Positions 48,839 through 61,607 of a stretch of DNA of 64,000 bases are shown in pieces (the first letter of the stretch is position 1; each line of letters opens with the position of its first letter). Made by a program: the position numbers and the translations under genes. The stretch is from Octopus sinensis (lineage: Eukaryota): positions 9,052,001-9,116,000 of the forward strand of contig NC_043000.1 of assembly GCF_006345805.1 (NCBI RefSeq). The letters are read 5' to 3'. The notes below the pieces were generated by a model. The model was not told the DNA's origin and did no database searches. It was given only the letters and a program-made list of their open reading frames with translations.

Positions 48839-49026
48839 GTTATTATTATTATTATTATTATGTTATTATTTTATTTATTATTGTTATTATTATATTATTA
48901 TTATTATTATATTATTATTTTATTGTTATTATTATTATTATTATTATTGTTATTATTATTATTATTATATTGTTATTATCATTATTATTATTATTATTAT
49001 TATTATTGTTGTTATTATTATTATTA

Positions 49027-49071
<45 letters not shown>

Positions 49072-49083
49072 TTATTATTATTA

Positions 49084-49113
<30 letters not shown>
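48088..49113. repeat. Very long (TTA)n microsatellite
   Basis: About 1 kb of interrupted TTA. Confidence 0.98.
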
Positions 49114-49115
<2 letters not shown>

Positions 49116-49129
49116 TACACCTATAATAA

Positions 49130-49730
49130 GGTAGCGAGTTGGCAGAATCGTTAGCACGAGGGACAAAAAACTTTGCTGCATTTCGAGCTTTACATCCGAG
49201 GTCGATTTTGTCTTTCATCCCTTCCGGAGTCGATGAAATAAGTAGAAGTTGAGCATTGTGATTCATGTAGTTGACAAGTCTCCTACCCCAAATTCCAGGT
49301 TTCGTACCCATAGTAGGAAGGATTATTTTAATTAATAATAAAGGCAACAAGTCGGCAGAATCGTTAGTACGCCGGACAAAATACTTCTTAACATTTCTTC
49401 CGGCTTAACATTCTAATTTCAAATTCCGCTGATGTCGACTCTGCCTTTCTTTGTTTTTGGCGTTGATAAAATAAGAACCAGTTAAGTATTCCACTGAAAA
49501 TTGCTGGTCTTATGCCAAAATCAGAAAGAATTACTTATACTGAGATACTAAAACGGTGAGCTGGCAGAATCGTTAGAACGGTGAGAAAATACCTTGCGAT
49601 ATTTGCTCCAGTTTTTTTTTATGTTGTGGATTGAAATTGTGCCGAGGTTAACTTTGCTTTTCATCTTTTCAGATCGGTCAAGCACCAGGGTTAAGGTATC
49701 GACTGACCCCTCCCTTCATAATTCCTGGTC
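49130..49730 (+). mobile_element. Three tandem family-B SINEs
   Basis: Heads GGCAGAATCGTTAG at about 49141, 49354 and 49563, each followed by the Deu/Nin-like domain. Confidence 0.8.
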
Positions 49731-50356
49731 TTACTATGTTGCGTTCGTCTTCATCTCTGGTCGTCATTAGGATTCTTATTAATTCCTGTACGTGCATGTT
49801 ATAGATTCAGTTTAGGGAGATTCTTCCTTGAAACACATGATAACAAAGTTGCAGTGATGCACTCTGGTACACGTTGCTATGGCCTGCTTGTTAATACTGA
49901 AGCCGTATTCACCATAATCGTAATCATCATCATAATAATAATCATCGACGTCGTCAACAACGCAACCACCACTTTCATCATCATCATCATCTTCATCATC
50001 ATAATCGTCGTAACCATTACCACCAACGCCACCTTCATCTTCGTCGTCACCATCATCATCACTGTGGCCGTCATTCTCTTTCTCTTGATCAGCATCAACA
50101 AAAACCACACAACCGTCATCGTCATCATTAGACTGTGCAGTTTTCCTTAACTTTTCGTTCTGACTTATGGAAGGAATGCTCTTGAAAATAATAAAAATAT
50201 CTCAAGATTGGCTTCGTGTTTAACAGATAATTTTTGCTGACGCAATTAAATGGCTGCCGACATCTACTGAATGTATGATAGCGACTAAATTCCTACAACC
50301 ATAATCTACCATCTTTCTTGTTCTTTCTTTTTTTCTTTCTTTCTTTCTTCCTTTTT

Positions 50357-50388
<32 letters not shown>

Positions 50389-52356
50389 TCCTTCTTTTTT
50401 CTCTCTCTCTCTCTCCCTCCCTTTCTCTTGCTCTCTCGGCGCTGTCTCTCTGTCTGTCTGTCTCTCTCTGTCTCTCTCTTTCTGTCTCTCTCTCTCTCTC
50501 TCTTGGTCTACTCTCTATCGCAAAGTTATTCTTACTGTTACTTTCCATTATTGCTTTCATGTAAACACTCACACCCCACCATACACATACTATATACACA
50601 CATATATACATAAATGCATACTTGTAGGCATGTATATATATATTTGTGTGTGTGTGTGTGTGTGTGACTGTGTATGTATGTATGTACCCAAATACAAACT
50701 CTTTTTCACATACGCACATAATGACACACATTTCCCCCACGAACATACATGTGTGTGTGTGTGTGTGTATGTATGTGTGTGTGTGTGTGTGCGTGTGTGT
50801 GCGCGCGCTCGTGTGTGTAAAAGAGAGAGAGAGAGAGGTGGAGGGTATCTGTCGATTTAAAAGATGCAATTTCTAGATTGCTACAGACGTACAGGTATAC
50901 AAACTTGCACACACACACAACACAACACACAACACACACACACATACACACGCGCGCGTTCAGACATACACATATACAATACACAATGCACACACCAAAC
51001 ACATTCACCCACATACACACAGATAAACAGATATACACACATACATAATACACATATACCTGCAAATATTCACCTGTTATACTCACCTCTTCTAATTACC
51101 GCTGGCTCTGTAGCTTCAGCAAAGATACCACCGACTAAACCGTCTTAACATAAACGACACTCCAGCCATGACTACCATGTCGTTTTTCATTTTTCTTTTT
51201 GGAGCTCTTGTACTCCCAGGACTACATTATCCAATCGTCTTTTCCTTAAAATACTGTTCTTGAGATTTGAAGGAGATTTGGCTGCTATTTATCGCAGGTC
51301 GAACGACCGTATAGAGATATTTTCGTTAGTCAGTCCTCTTTTAATCGTATCTGTTAGAGGACTCGAGGCTCAGCAAAGCAAGCCACGCCGAACAGTTGTC
51401 ACATTTATGTTGCTACCACTGTTTCCAAAGGTGATTGTGATCAGTGCCATCTTAAGATATGTGTTCTGTACCCAACAGCACTGGATTCCAGGGTTCCCGC
51501 AGGCCAACGAATAATGATATTTTGTTGTATTTCAATGATGGTGGGGATCCGATTCTTTGGCACTGCAGATGGGCTCTTCGGTAGCTAAAGATGGCACTGA
51601 CTGCCATACCCACTCTGAGATGAGCAGATCGAGTTTCTAAGGTTTGTGTGTGTGTGTGTGTGTGAGAGAGAGTGTGTGTGTGAGAGAGAGAGTGTGTGTG
51701 TGTGAGTTTATATATATATATATATATGTAACAACCTAATATATATGTACATATATATACATATATACATATGTATGTATATATATATATATGTGCGTGT
51801 ACATGTGTGTATGTATATATATATATGTGTGTGTGTGTGTTGTGTGTAATATATATTATGTATGTATGTATATGTATTTATATGTATGTATATGCATATA
51901 TATATATGTACGTATGCATATATGCATGTGAGTATATATATGAAGAAAACACTTAATAGATATAAATCTCATACTCCTTATCTGATGGGATATTTGGCGA
52001 TGCTCCAACTATAAAGGGTGTTTTCTTATACGCATAATTTAATTTTATGTATGTATGCATGTATGTATGTACGTACGTACGTATGTACATATGTATGTAT
52101 TTATGTACGAATGTGCTTATGCATGTTTGTACGTATATATGTATATGCATGTACGTATATATGTATATGTATATGTGTGTGTGTATGTGTGTACATAGTT
52201 AGATACATATACACATATATATTTCCTTATATATATTATGCATCTTTATATTCTATGTGTGTGTATGCGTGTGTAAATACTTAGATACATTTATACACAT
52301 ATATATATTTCCGTATATATATTGTGTGCGTGCGTGTGTGTGTACGTATGCATGTA

Positions 52357-52390
<34 letters not shown>

Positions 52391-52780
52391 CGCGCGTGCG
52401 TGCGTGTATGTGTGTGTGCGTGTGCGTGTAAAAGTTGTGTTTGAAACATTAGTCCTTTCAAATTTTCCAAATCAGAAAATACCTCGGCTCTGAGCCCTGA
52501 CTAACACTTCTTTAAAAGCATGAATAACTTTCAGAATGCTATACCGCTCAGTTTTATGGACACTGCATACATAGACCAGAATTCGCACATCTCCGATGGT
52601 GCTGCTTTTACAAACGCAAACATCCTTGGCCAACACCGAGAAGAAAGCTGTTTTACTGACTGACAAAGATTCATTTGCCAATACACTTCATTTTTTTTTT
52701 TTGTCTCATAGTCACGCTGTCACCTCATTCTGATTTCGACACTTGCATATATGTAATACACAGACAAACAAATGTGTATA

Positions 52781-53148
52781 TGATGACTTCCCCCTCGTTA
52801 TCGAGTACGGCCATTGCACGAAGCTTAACTGTTACTGGTGCTGTGATCGAATGTGACTTTTTAGCCCAGCTAAAGATCTACAATGTCTTGTACAGAATTG
52901 GCAACTAAAACCTTTACCGGTAATAGCCGGCTGTAGTTGTAACTGGGCTTCATGTACCTTTGCATGTCGTTTAAGTCCTCCTGCCGGATTACTCTCTCTT
53001 CCACATGCCCGACAGATATGATTAGTATGGTGTGTAACACCACCACCACCAGTGGCCAGGTTGTCACTCATCTGTCTCACTTTATGACTACGAAGATGAC
53101 TCTTGAGTCCAGCTTTACTGAGGCAGGGTCTTGCACAGACACTGCATA
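52781..53148 (-). mobile_element. 5'-truncated RTE-type LINE 3' end encoding three C2H2-type zinc fingers, ~34-bp TSD
   Basis: CSVC..AGLKSHLRSH, CRAC..GGLKRHAKVH, CQFC..AGLKSHIRSQH*; short UTR with CTCG-ATAA-CGAG hairpin and TCATCA tail; direct repeats ATATATGTAATACACAGACAAACA.. at 52747-52780 and 53149-53182. Confidence 0.72.
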
Positions 53149-53240
53149 ATATATGTAATACACAGACAAACATATATGTATATAGACAAATGCATACATA
53201 CATACGCATACACACACTCACTAACACGTACACATACATA

Positions 53241-54105
53241 CGACGGGGTACGCAAAAGTAACCGGAAACCTGCTCTGTGGGACAAACTCGTTGTATTTCA
53301 GTGGCATCTGATGCCAGATGCCACTTGATGCAACCCTCAGGCATCAGTCTGCCAACCGGCGTCGTCTGGTGAATTCGTACTGCCACGTGTTGCGTCTTCG
53401 TTTTGCAGTGCTTCTCTCCTATTCGTCGATTTTTGCGATGGCTGAAAGGAAGGAACAGCGCGCTTCCATGAAATTCTGATTTCTATCGGGGAAATGGTGG
53501 CCGAAACAGTTGTCATGCTTCAAACAGCTTACAAGGACGCTCCATGAGAAAAACACAAGTTTACGAGTGGTTTTCACGCTTTAGGAATGGTCACTTGTTG
53601 CTTGAGGACCAACCTTGTTCAGGACGAATGAAACATCATGAAAATTCATGAACTGATCTTGAAGAACCGTCACCGAACAATTGATGAACTTGTTGATATG
53701 ACTGGTCTGTCCTGGAGCTCCTACCAACGAAATTTGAGCGAGGAATTGCGAATGTAAAGAGTTGCAGCAAAATGTGTGCCTCACTTGCTCACGGAAGATA
53801 AAAATCAGTCACGACTGAATGTGTGTCGGGAACTGAAAGAACAGCTGAAAGTTGATCCGGACCTTTTTTCGAAGGTCATCACTGGTGACGAAAGCAGATG
53901 CTAAGGAATTTGCAGATGTAGAGGAGGTGAAGAAAAAAACGACGGAGGCATTAAAAGGCATCACTTAGAACTAGGGTAAAACGCGTCTAGATCGATGCAT
54001 TGCTTCAAATGCAGAATACTTTGAAGGCGATAAAAGTGGAAACGTGTAAAACTAAGTGAATGAAATAATATTGTAAGATACCGGTTTCTTTTGTGTATCC
54101 CCTTC
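53241..54105 (+). mobile_element. mariner element, internally deleted pseudogene
   Basis: TA|CGACGGGGTACGCAAAAGTAACCGG / CCGGTTTCTTTTGTGTATCCCCTTC|TA; ATG at 53438, EQRASMKF, TQVYEWFSRF..LEDQPCSGR, KCVPHLLT, VITGDES. Confidence 0.9.
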
Positions 54106-54115
54106 TATATGTAAT

Positions 54116-54572
54116 ACTGAAGTCATAATAAAGCAAGTTTAAAAATAACAGTTTAATTTTTACATGTTTCCTGCTACGAGTGCTCAACAGTATTGTATTA
54201 TTGTATTGTTTAGCAGTAAAAAATATAGAATCTGGAGCAAAAAATTCCTGTCACTACTATCAGAGATCTATATTATTGCTTAACATCTTCATCCAAATCC
54301 GATGGATAAATTCGACCAATTTCTTGCCTTCCCCTCCTTTATTCCATGTCTCGTCATCTTTCGCCTGGCATAGATCGCTATTTTGGTGCTAAGATTTCAA
54401 CATTCCTCCCATTATGATTAACTTTCAGGTACCATATGTATATATGCTATCAAGATATTTAACCATGTCTACATATGTCAGTCAGACAAGCTTAGAACCA
54501 CAACTAAAGAAAAAACTTAACAAAACTGAGATATCTTTCCTCAGTTGCAAACGGATATCATGCGTGATTTCG

Positions 54573-54655
<83 letters not shown>

Positions 54656-54875
54656 ATAAGATATACACATATATGTATATATATATATATATAATATACA
54701 GATATACACATATATGTATATAGGCATATGCACACACACACACACACACACACACACAACACACATACACACACATACACACACATGTCAAACTGAAGTC
54801 ATAATACAGCAAGTTTTAAAATAATAACAGAACTTTTACATATTTACTGCTAGATGTACTCAATACTATTATATT
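54116..54875. repeat. Diverged ~85-bp direct repeat pair
   Basis: ACTGAAGTCATAATAAAGCAAGTTT.. at 54116 and ACTGAAGTCATAATACAGCAAGTTT.. at 54792. Confidence 0.7.
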
Positions 54876-55522
54876 ATTGTGCGTTTAAAATAATCGCCAA
54901 AGATTTTATAATCTAGAACAAAAAATTCTTGGTGAATCATTTTGTTTTCAAGGTCAGAGGTGTGAGACACAGCCAGCGTTAATGTGCAATGCGTGAGAAT
55001 TTTCTCCACAACAAGCGGCCGTGAGAATGGCCTTTTTTTATAGATCACATATCTCACAGTAAGATTTTATAATAATAATGATTTTACAAGTGCGGCTTAT
55101 ACGAAGAATCGCTTAATTATATAACCAAATACTTATAGAAATAAACGCGTAATTTGTTGTACATCTTCACAGAACATGATAATTTTTGTAGCAACCAGTC
55201 AAATATCGTTATTTCAATCGGCAGGTTTGCAAACATAGATATATGACAATTTGATTGTTTATATATATATATATCCTATTGCAGAAAGCGATGATATAAA
55301 ATATTCTCAATGCGATTATAAAATTTTTTACGAGCACGATAGAAGCAACCAAATCAACATTGAATATGGAATTCAAAATTTATCTACAAAATTTATCTAC
55401 AGCATCCTATATTAATAATATTTGCAGTTTTAGGAGACGATTTGGTAAAGATAGTTGATCGTTCAGTAGAATGCTTCAGGATATTTTCCCAACGTGTTCA
55501 ATTTTTGAAGTTATTTTTTCCC

Positions 55523-55573
<51 letters not shown>

Positions 55574-55657
55574 GAGAGAGAGAGAGACGAGAGAGAAGAA
55601 GAGAGAGGAGGAGAGAGAGAGCGAGGAGAGAGAGAGAGAAGAGAGGAGAGAGAGAAA

Positions 55658-55713
55658 ACCATCTCAAGTGTAACTGCCAGAAATGGTCGTGACTTCTGGG
55701 ACTTGACTGAGAA
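55658..55713 (+). ncRNA. Permuted hammerhead-like motif (copy 4, core G8 mutated)
   Basis: ACCAT-C-TCAAGT-10nt-GAAA-TGGT-13nt-ACTTGA-CTGAGAA; ACCAT/ATGGT and TCAAGT/ACTTGA are perfect pairs. Confidence 0.6.
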
Positions 55714-55843
55714 AAGAAAGCCACGAATGATTCGTCTTTCTTTTGTCTGTCCTTCAAATTGTTTCTCTTGTCCGCCTTTGTATCGTCAACCTGTCCGAAT
55801 GTTTTAATGCCCTTTATTTCGCTTTCGTTCCATATATATATAT

Positions 55844-56231
55844 GGCATAGGCGGAAAACTTGGAGAGTGGCTGCACAACTTCCTAAAAGATAGAAGGCAG
55901 GGGTGTGTGCAATGGAGCCACCTCTAAGGAAACAAAAATAACAAGTGGTGTTCCACAGGGCACTGTCTTGGGGCCACTGCTGTTCATAGTGGCCCTTTCA
56001 GACATGCTCTCGGTTGCTAAGATGGCCACCCTTGCTAGCTATGCAGATGACACAAAAGTCTATCAGGCAATACAAAACCCTGGAAATATTGCACATCTGC
56101 AACGGGAGTTGGATACAATATACAGGTGGGCTGAGGACAACAACATACAGTTTAATGCAAGGAAGTTCCAAGCGCTGCGCTACCGGCACACAAAGCTGAA
56201 CGACATACTGACCGGATGCACTGGCCCGGGA
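55844..56231 (+). pseudogene. CR1-group LINE RT fragment (paralogue of 61691-63436)
   Basis: GKLGEWLHNFLKDR..SGVPQGTVLGPLLF..YADDTK..FNARKFQ; one frameshift. Confidence 0.92.
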
Positions 56232-57002
56232 AGAGTGTTGAGGCAAGATGCTTCGCAGTATCTTTATCGGTACACAACAATGTTAGTCTGCTACGACACT
56301 TGTGCCAGTCCGTATCGGCCTTAAAGCGATGGCGTTTCCCTTGGATAAGCATCAGTGGCATCGAGAGGAGAGACTCTGCAAGAACGAGAAACTGCAAAAA
56401 AGAAAATAAATAATAATAATAAATAATAATGATAAATAAATAAGATAAAAATTCTTTTCTAAACACTGGCATACATATGTAGATGTATGGTCAGTCTTGA
56501 TCGATGATGGCACCTATTTCGCAATAACAATTGAAATATAATTTTTGTGATCACATAGAAAACATATCATATATCATCAGTATGCCACTGTTCGCTTGTG
56601 TATTTGGGAAACCAGATGAGTTGGGAGCTGTGTGACGTATTACAGATTCTTTTAGATGTTGTGCATACTACATACTTGACTGCACCATGATTACATCACA
56701 ATAAAGAATCTTCATGAAATAACTGTAGCAGTACCATATAACTCATTCGAACGTCTTTTTTTATGCTATTATCCCACACTTAAGGCTCCATTCATCTTTG
56801 GATACTATTAGAGTTGCGAAATACCAATCAACAATGGTCTTCCCTTCACTGATGCATTTCATGACATGATAATGGGTTACTCAACTGTCTGATTTGCATC
56901 ATTCTATCTCGCTGTCAATTGTGACTTTGGTATGTCTAGATCCTTGATAGATTCCCTTTAATCGAATACACACAAGCACACACACGCACGCATACACACA
57001 TA

Positions 57003-57071
<69 letters not shown>

Positions 57072-57125
57072 GATGAAGATAGTTAGAAGTAGGAGAAATA
57101 CTTTTTTTATCATCACTTGTACTAA

Positions 57126-57560
57126 GGCGGCGAGCAGGGAGAATCATTTGCACGTCGGACAAAATTCCCATCGGCATTTCGTCCACCTTTACATTCTGAG
57201 ATCAAATTCCGCAGAGGTCGACTTTGCCTTTCATCCTTTCCGGGCCGATAAAATACGTACCTGTTGAGCATTGGTGTCGATGTAAGTAGTTATAACCCTC
57301 ACCCAAAATTTCTGGCCTTGTGCCTGTTGTAGAAAGAATTATTACTTATACTAAGACGGCGAGCAAGCAGAATCGTTCGCGCATCGAACAAAATGCTTAG
57401 TTTTATTTCTTTCGGCTCCTTACGTTCTACCGAGGCCACCTTTGCCTTTCATCTTTTCGGAGCCGATAACATCAGTACCTGTTGAGCACTGCAGTCAATG
57501 TAATCCACTTGCTCATTCCCAAAATTGCTGGCCTCTTGCCAAAACGAGCGAATTATTAAT
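57126..57560 (+). mobile_element. Two tandem family-B SINEs
   Basis: GGCGGCGAGCAGG.. at 57126 and GACGGCGAGCAAGCAGAATCG at 57355. Confidence 0.8.
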
Positions 57561-57878
57561 TATACTTATAGGCACAAACATGACTGTGAGATAAGAAGTT
57601 TGCTTCTCCAGCACAAGGCTCTGGGTTCAGTCCCACTGCGTAGCACTTTGGGCGAGTGTCTTCCTACTATAGCCTCGGGCCAACCAAAGCCTTGCGAGTG
57701 GACTGAAACTGAAGAAACTCGTCGTGTGTGTGTGTGTATATATATATATAATATATATATATATATCGTTATATATATATATATATAATATACATATATA
57801 CTATACTAAACACACATACACACACACATATATATATATATACATTATATATATATACATATATATATATATACATAT

Positions 57879-57909
<31 letters not shown>

Positions 57910-57912
57910 TAG

Positions 57913-57973
<61 letters not shown>

Positions 57974-58169
57974 ATGTTTGTGTGTCTGTGTTTTACGTCC
58001 CCGTAACTTACCAAAAGAGACCGATAGAATAAGTACTAGGCTTACAAAGAATAAGCATAGACATACACAGGGATATACGCATGTGCAAATAAAGACACAT
58101 ACAACAAGAATACAAAATGGCAGATCATTAATAAGGAGAGACACAAAAAAGAAAGAAGAAAGCAAAGGA

Positions 58170-58209
58170 CCACTGATGAGGTCACCGAAGTGGGATGAAA
58201 GAACTCTGG
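58170..58209 (+). ncRNA. Minimal type I hammerhead-like motif
   Basis: CCA-CTGATGA-GGTCAC-CGAA-GTGGGAT-GAAA-GAAC-TC-TGG; canonical core, short stems. Confidence 0.5.
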
Positions 58210-58411
58210 CTGACATACAATTAATATAAAATAAAGTTGAAGCAAGTGAACACCAAATATATTGTACGTATGTTTTCATTGGCTAAACTGGCAACATGAC
58301 CATCCCCAAATACAACAACATCTGTTTCAACACACGAATTCACATCAAGAATCTTGCAGAACGAATATATAAACCTATATGTATATATATATACTGTTTT
58401 GTTCTGTATTA

Positions 58412-58648
58412 TTGTGTTTGATCTGGATGTTCCTATGTAGTTGGTTAATAAATTATGTGAATGGGTATTATCTGGTAGATGATGATTAATTAAGGTGTAT
58501 TCCTCCATTTTCTTATTTTGTATATATATATATTACTATGTTTGATTTGGATGTTCCTATATAATTAGTTAATAAATATATATGAATTGGTATTATCTAG
58601 TAGTTGATGATTGATTAAAATATATTCCTCCATTTTCTTATTTTGTAT
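58412..58648. repeat. Tandem duplication of a ~125-bp unit
   Basis: TGTTTGATYTGGATGTTCCTAT...ATTCCTCCATTTTCTTATTTTGTAT occurs twice. Confidence 0.85.
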
Positions 58649-58809
58649 TATGAATTTGAGGTAAAACATACTTTCGCCCATAATACAATAAATGAATTAA
58701 TTGCATTGCAATTCTTAGCATTTATGTATTAGCATTCTGGGGCTTATTGGCAGTATTTTGGATATATGTTATCCCATAGAGAGTTACACTCACAACCCCT
58801 ATCTCACTT

Positions 58810-58882
<73 letters not shown>

Positions 58883-59200
58883 ATATAATCCTATCCAACA
58901 TGAACAAAGAGAAAACACAACAACGCGAGGACGTGGAACAAATATAGTGTTATTGGATGCTCAGGAAAGGAAAGAAAGAAGGAGGATTTAACGTTTCGAG
59001 CGGGGCTCTTCGTCATAAACATAGAAAAAGGAAAGTTCCAAGGAAGGGAAGACGGAGAAAGAAAATCGCCAACGATACACACGCGATCACAAATTGAAAT
59101 GATCACACACATATATATATACATATATATTTATATATACACACATATATATATACATATACATGTATGTGTGTTTTGGGAGTGTGTGTGTACGTGTGTA

Positions 59201-59258
<58 letters not shown>

Positions 59259-59699
59259 GGGTGTCAGCTTTTTGTTGAAAAGTATCATAGATTCAAATAT
59301 TTTTAATGAAGTTGCTTACTTGTGTCTGGGTATTGAATAAAGTGTGTTCAGGAACGGCCAGTTAAGATGTATGACTACCTGCTCGGTGTTTTGAATTTCT
59401 ATGTGTGGTGACTATTGAAATGTCTTGAAATGTCTACCTGTTAATTAATTTAAATAAATTGTTGAATTTAATTTTGGAAAGAGATTTCTTTTCCTTTTTT
59501 TTTTGTAACAGCAGTAACATCAACATCATTGATATCATGTGGTGACTTAGTTTGGTTGGTTGATGTTATTTTCGTTACTAAAAGAAATCAGAGAACAATA
59601 TAATTTCTAAACAACGCTCGACTAAAACCCTTTAAAACGGAGCCCTAGCATGGGCGCAGTCTAAAACCTGAAACAAGTAAAAGATAAACGATATATATT

Positions 59700-59920
59700 T
59701 CTTTATTACCCACAAGGGGCTAAACACAGAGGGGACAAACAAGGACAGACAAAGGGATTAAATCGATTACATCGACCCCAATGCGAAACTGGTACTTTAT
59801 CGACCCCGAAAGGATGAAAGGCAAAGTCGACCTCGGCGGAATTTGAACTCAGAACATAACGGCAGACGAAATACGGCTACGCATTTCGCCCGGCGCGCTA
59901 ACGTTTCTGCCAGTTCGCCG
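59700..59920 (-). mobile_element. Family-B SINE, alternative tail subfamily (also 26259-26390)
   Basis: Minus CGGCGAACTGGCAGAAACGTTAGC..CCTTTCATCCTTTCGGGGTCGATAAA..TAATCCCTTTGTCTGTCCTTG. Confidence 0.85.
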
Positions 59921-60015
59921 CTGTAAAGGATAAACGAAATAGTCACCACAGATGCCGAGCGTGCACACAAGCAGCAGAAAACACTCACATACTGAAAGTG
60001 ATACCCAAGTGCGCA

Positions 60016-60056
<41 letters not shown>

Positions 60057-60142
60057 ACACATACACACACACACATACACACACATACACACACATACAC
60101 CCACATACACACACATATACACACACACACATACACACACAC

Positions 60143-60182
<40 letters not shown>

Positions 60183-60953
60183 ACACACACACACAAATAG
60201 ATAAATCACATGTCTTGAACAAAAACCAGTCAACCGTTTAATGACTTCCTTGAATTAGAACTAGCAATTTATTGAAATTGATAAATAGTTAGACATTTCT
60301 GAACTGACTTGTCGCTAAAACAACTCGCCAGAAATCTTTTGTTCTTTGCCTTATTCTTCAACAAATAGCTGACGTTTCCTTATATATACACTAAAATCAA
60401 TAAACAGCTGGCTCTTTGGCCACCGAAGTTGCTTAAAGTGCCTATTCCCCCTAAAAGCTCATTTATCCTTTGTCTAAACATTCAACAAACGCATACACAC
60501 ACAAATACATACACAAATACACACACGTACACACACACACCACACACACACACACACACAAACACACACAAATAGGCATGCACATAGATACTAAATACCA
60601 AACAGGTGATCGATTATTTTTACAACCTATTGATAAATACTCTCCAGTCACAAGCAAACGGATTTATTAAAAGCATTTGAATTCCTGTTATTTTTCAACG
60701 AACAGCAAACATTCTCCATACATATATATAACGCATTATAGTCAATATTTCACCAGCTTTGAAAACTTCCAGCAACAGTGAAAGTGCTTATAAGAGATCT
60801 TTTGTCATTGGTCTTTTGCATGTTTCAGTTATTACACAGTGGCCATGTTAGGGAACCAACTTGAGAAATTTTAGTCGAATGAATCAGCCTCTTTTACTAA
60901 GCCGGTCCTCATTTTATCGGCCTCACCCCACCCCACAACTTATTGTATTATGG

Positions 60954-61342
60954 GGATCTTTTCCGTTTGGTTGCCAGTTTCAAATTGTATTCGAATTGAT
61001 TTCATATTCAGTGTAATGATACACTTTTATAGGCAAATGAATGCCAGGAAAATTATTTTTGTTATTAATAAATAAGCAAAGAGTTATTAACTATTAAAGT
61101 TTGAAAATTTGGTGTAATTTTAGCCAATCGCAAGCCATAGATACAAAATGACAGCTTCCAAATCCTGTTTCGTGGATGGGTGAAAATGATCAAACTTTAA
61201 ACCTCTATTACTTAATTTTTATTCTGGTAAAAGTAAAATAACTCGAGCTATTCAGCTCAGAAAACTACATTAATGTACCAAATTTTAAAATTCTCGATAA
61301 ACTTTGGTTTTTGAAACCTTGGCAGCCAAACGGAAATGATCC
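60954..61342. mobile_element. MITE with 23-bp TIRs and 8-bp TSD (Merlin-like GG termini)
   Basis: GGATCTTTTCCGTTTGGTTGCCA / TGGCAGCCAAACGGAAATGATCC; perfect TSD TATTATGG. Confidence 0.85.
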
Positions 61343-61414
61343 TATTATGGTTCACGACTATCTGATGATCATAACAATTAACAAAGTCAATGCAACTGTT
61401 TTAATAAAACTCTG

Positions 61415-61462
<48 letters not shown>

Positions 61463-61607
61463 AATACAATAAAATGGTGGAATAAAAAAGTAACTTTGTG
61501 GGAACAAGAATGGAAAACTGGAAATAGTTAAAGGGAAATTCGGGAATGGGTATAATGGTATATGACTGTTATTCTGGAATACATTTATTTCTAGGTGTGA
61601 GAACCAT

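Noticed and set aside
48009-49154. 381-aa ORF and the overlapping I/Y/L-rich ORFs (also 46060-46872)
   Set aside because: Translations of (TTA)n microsatellite; no protein signal.
49812-50150. Acidic D/E-rich ORF
   Set aside because: Degenerate (CAT)n low-complexity tract with no splice or domain evidence.
52832-53386. Host C2H2 zinc-finger gene (184-aa ORF)
   Set aside because: N-terminal half is mariner end plus microsatellite; the fingers lie between target-site duplications with a retroposon-like tail.
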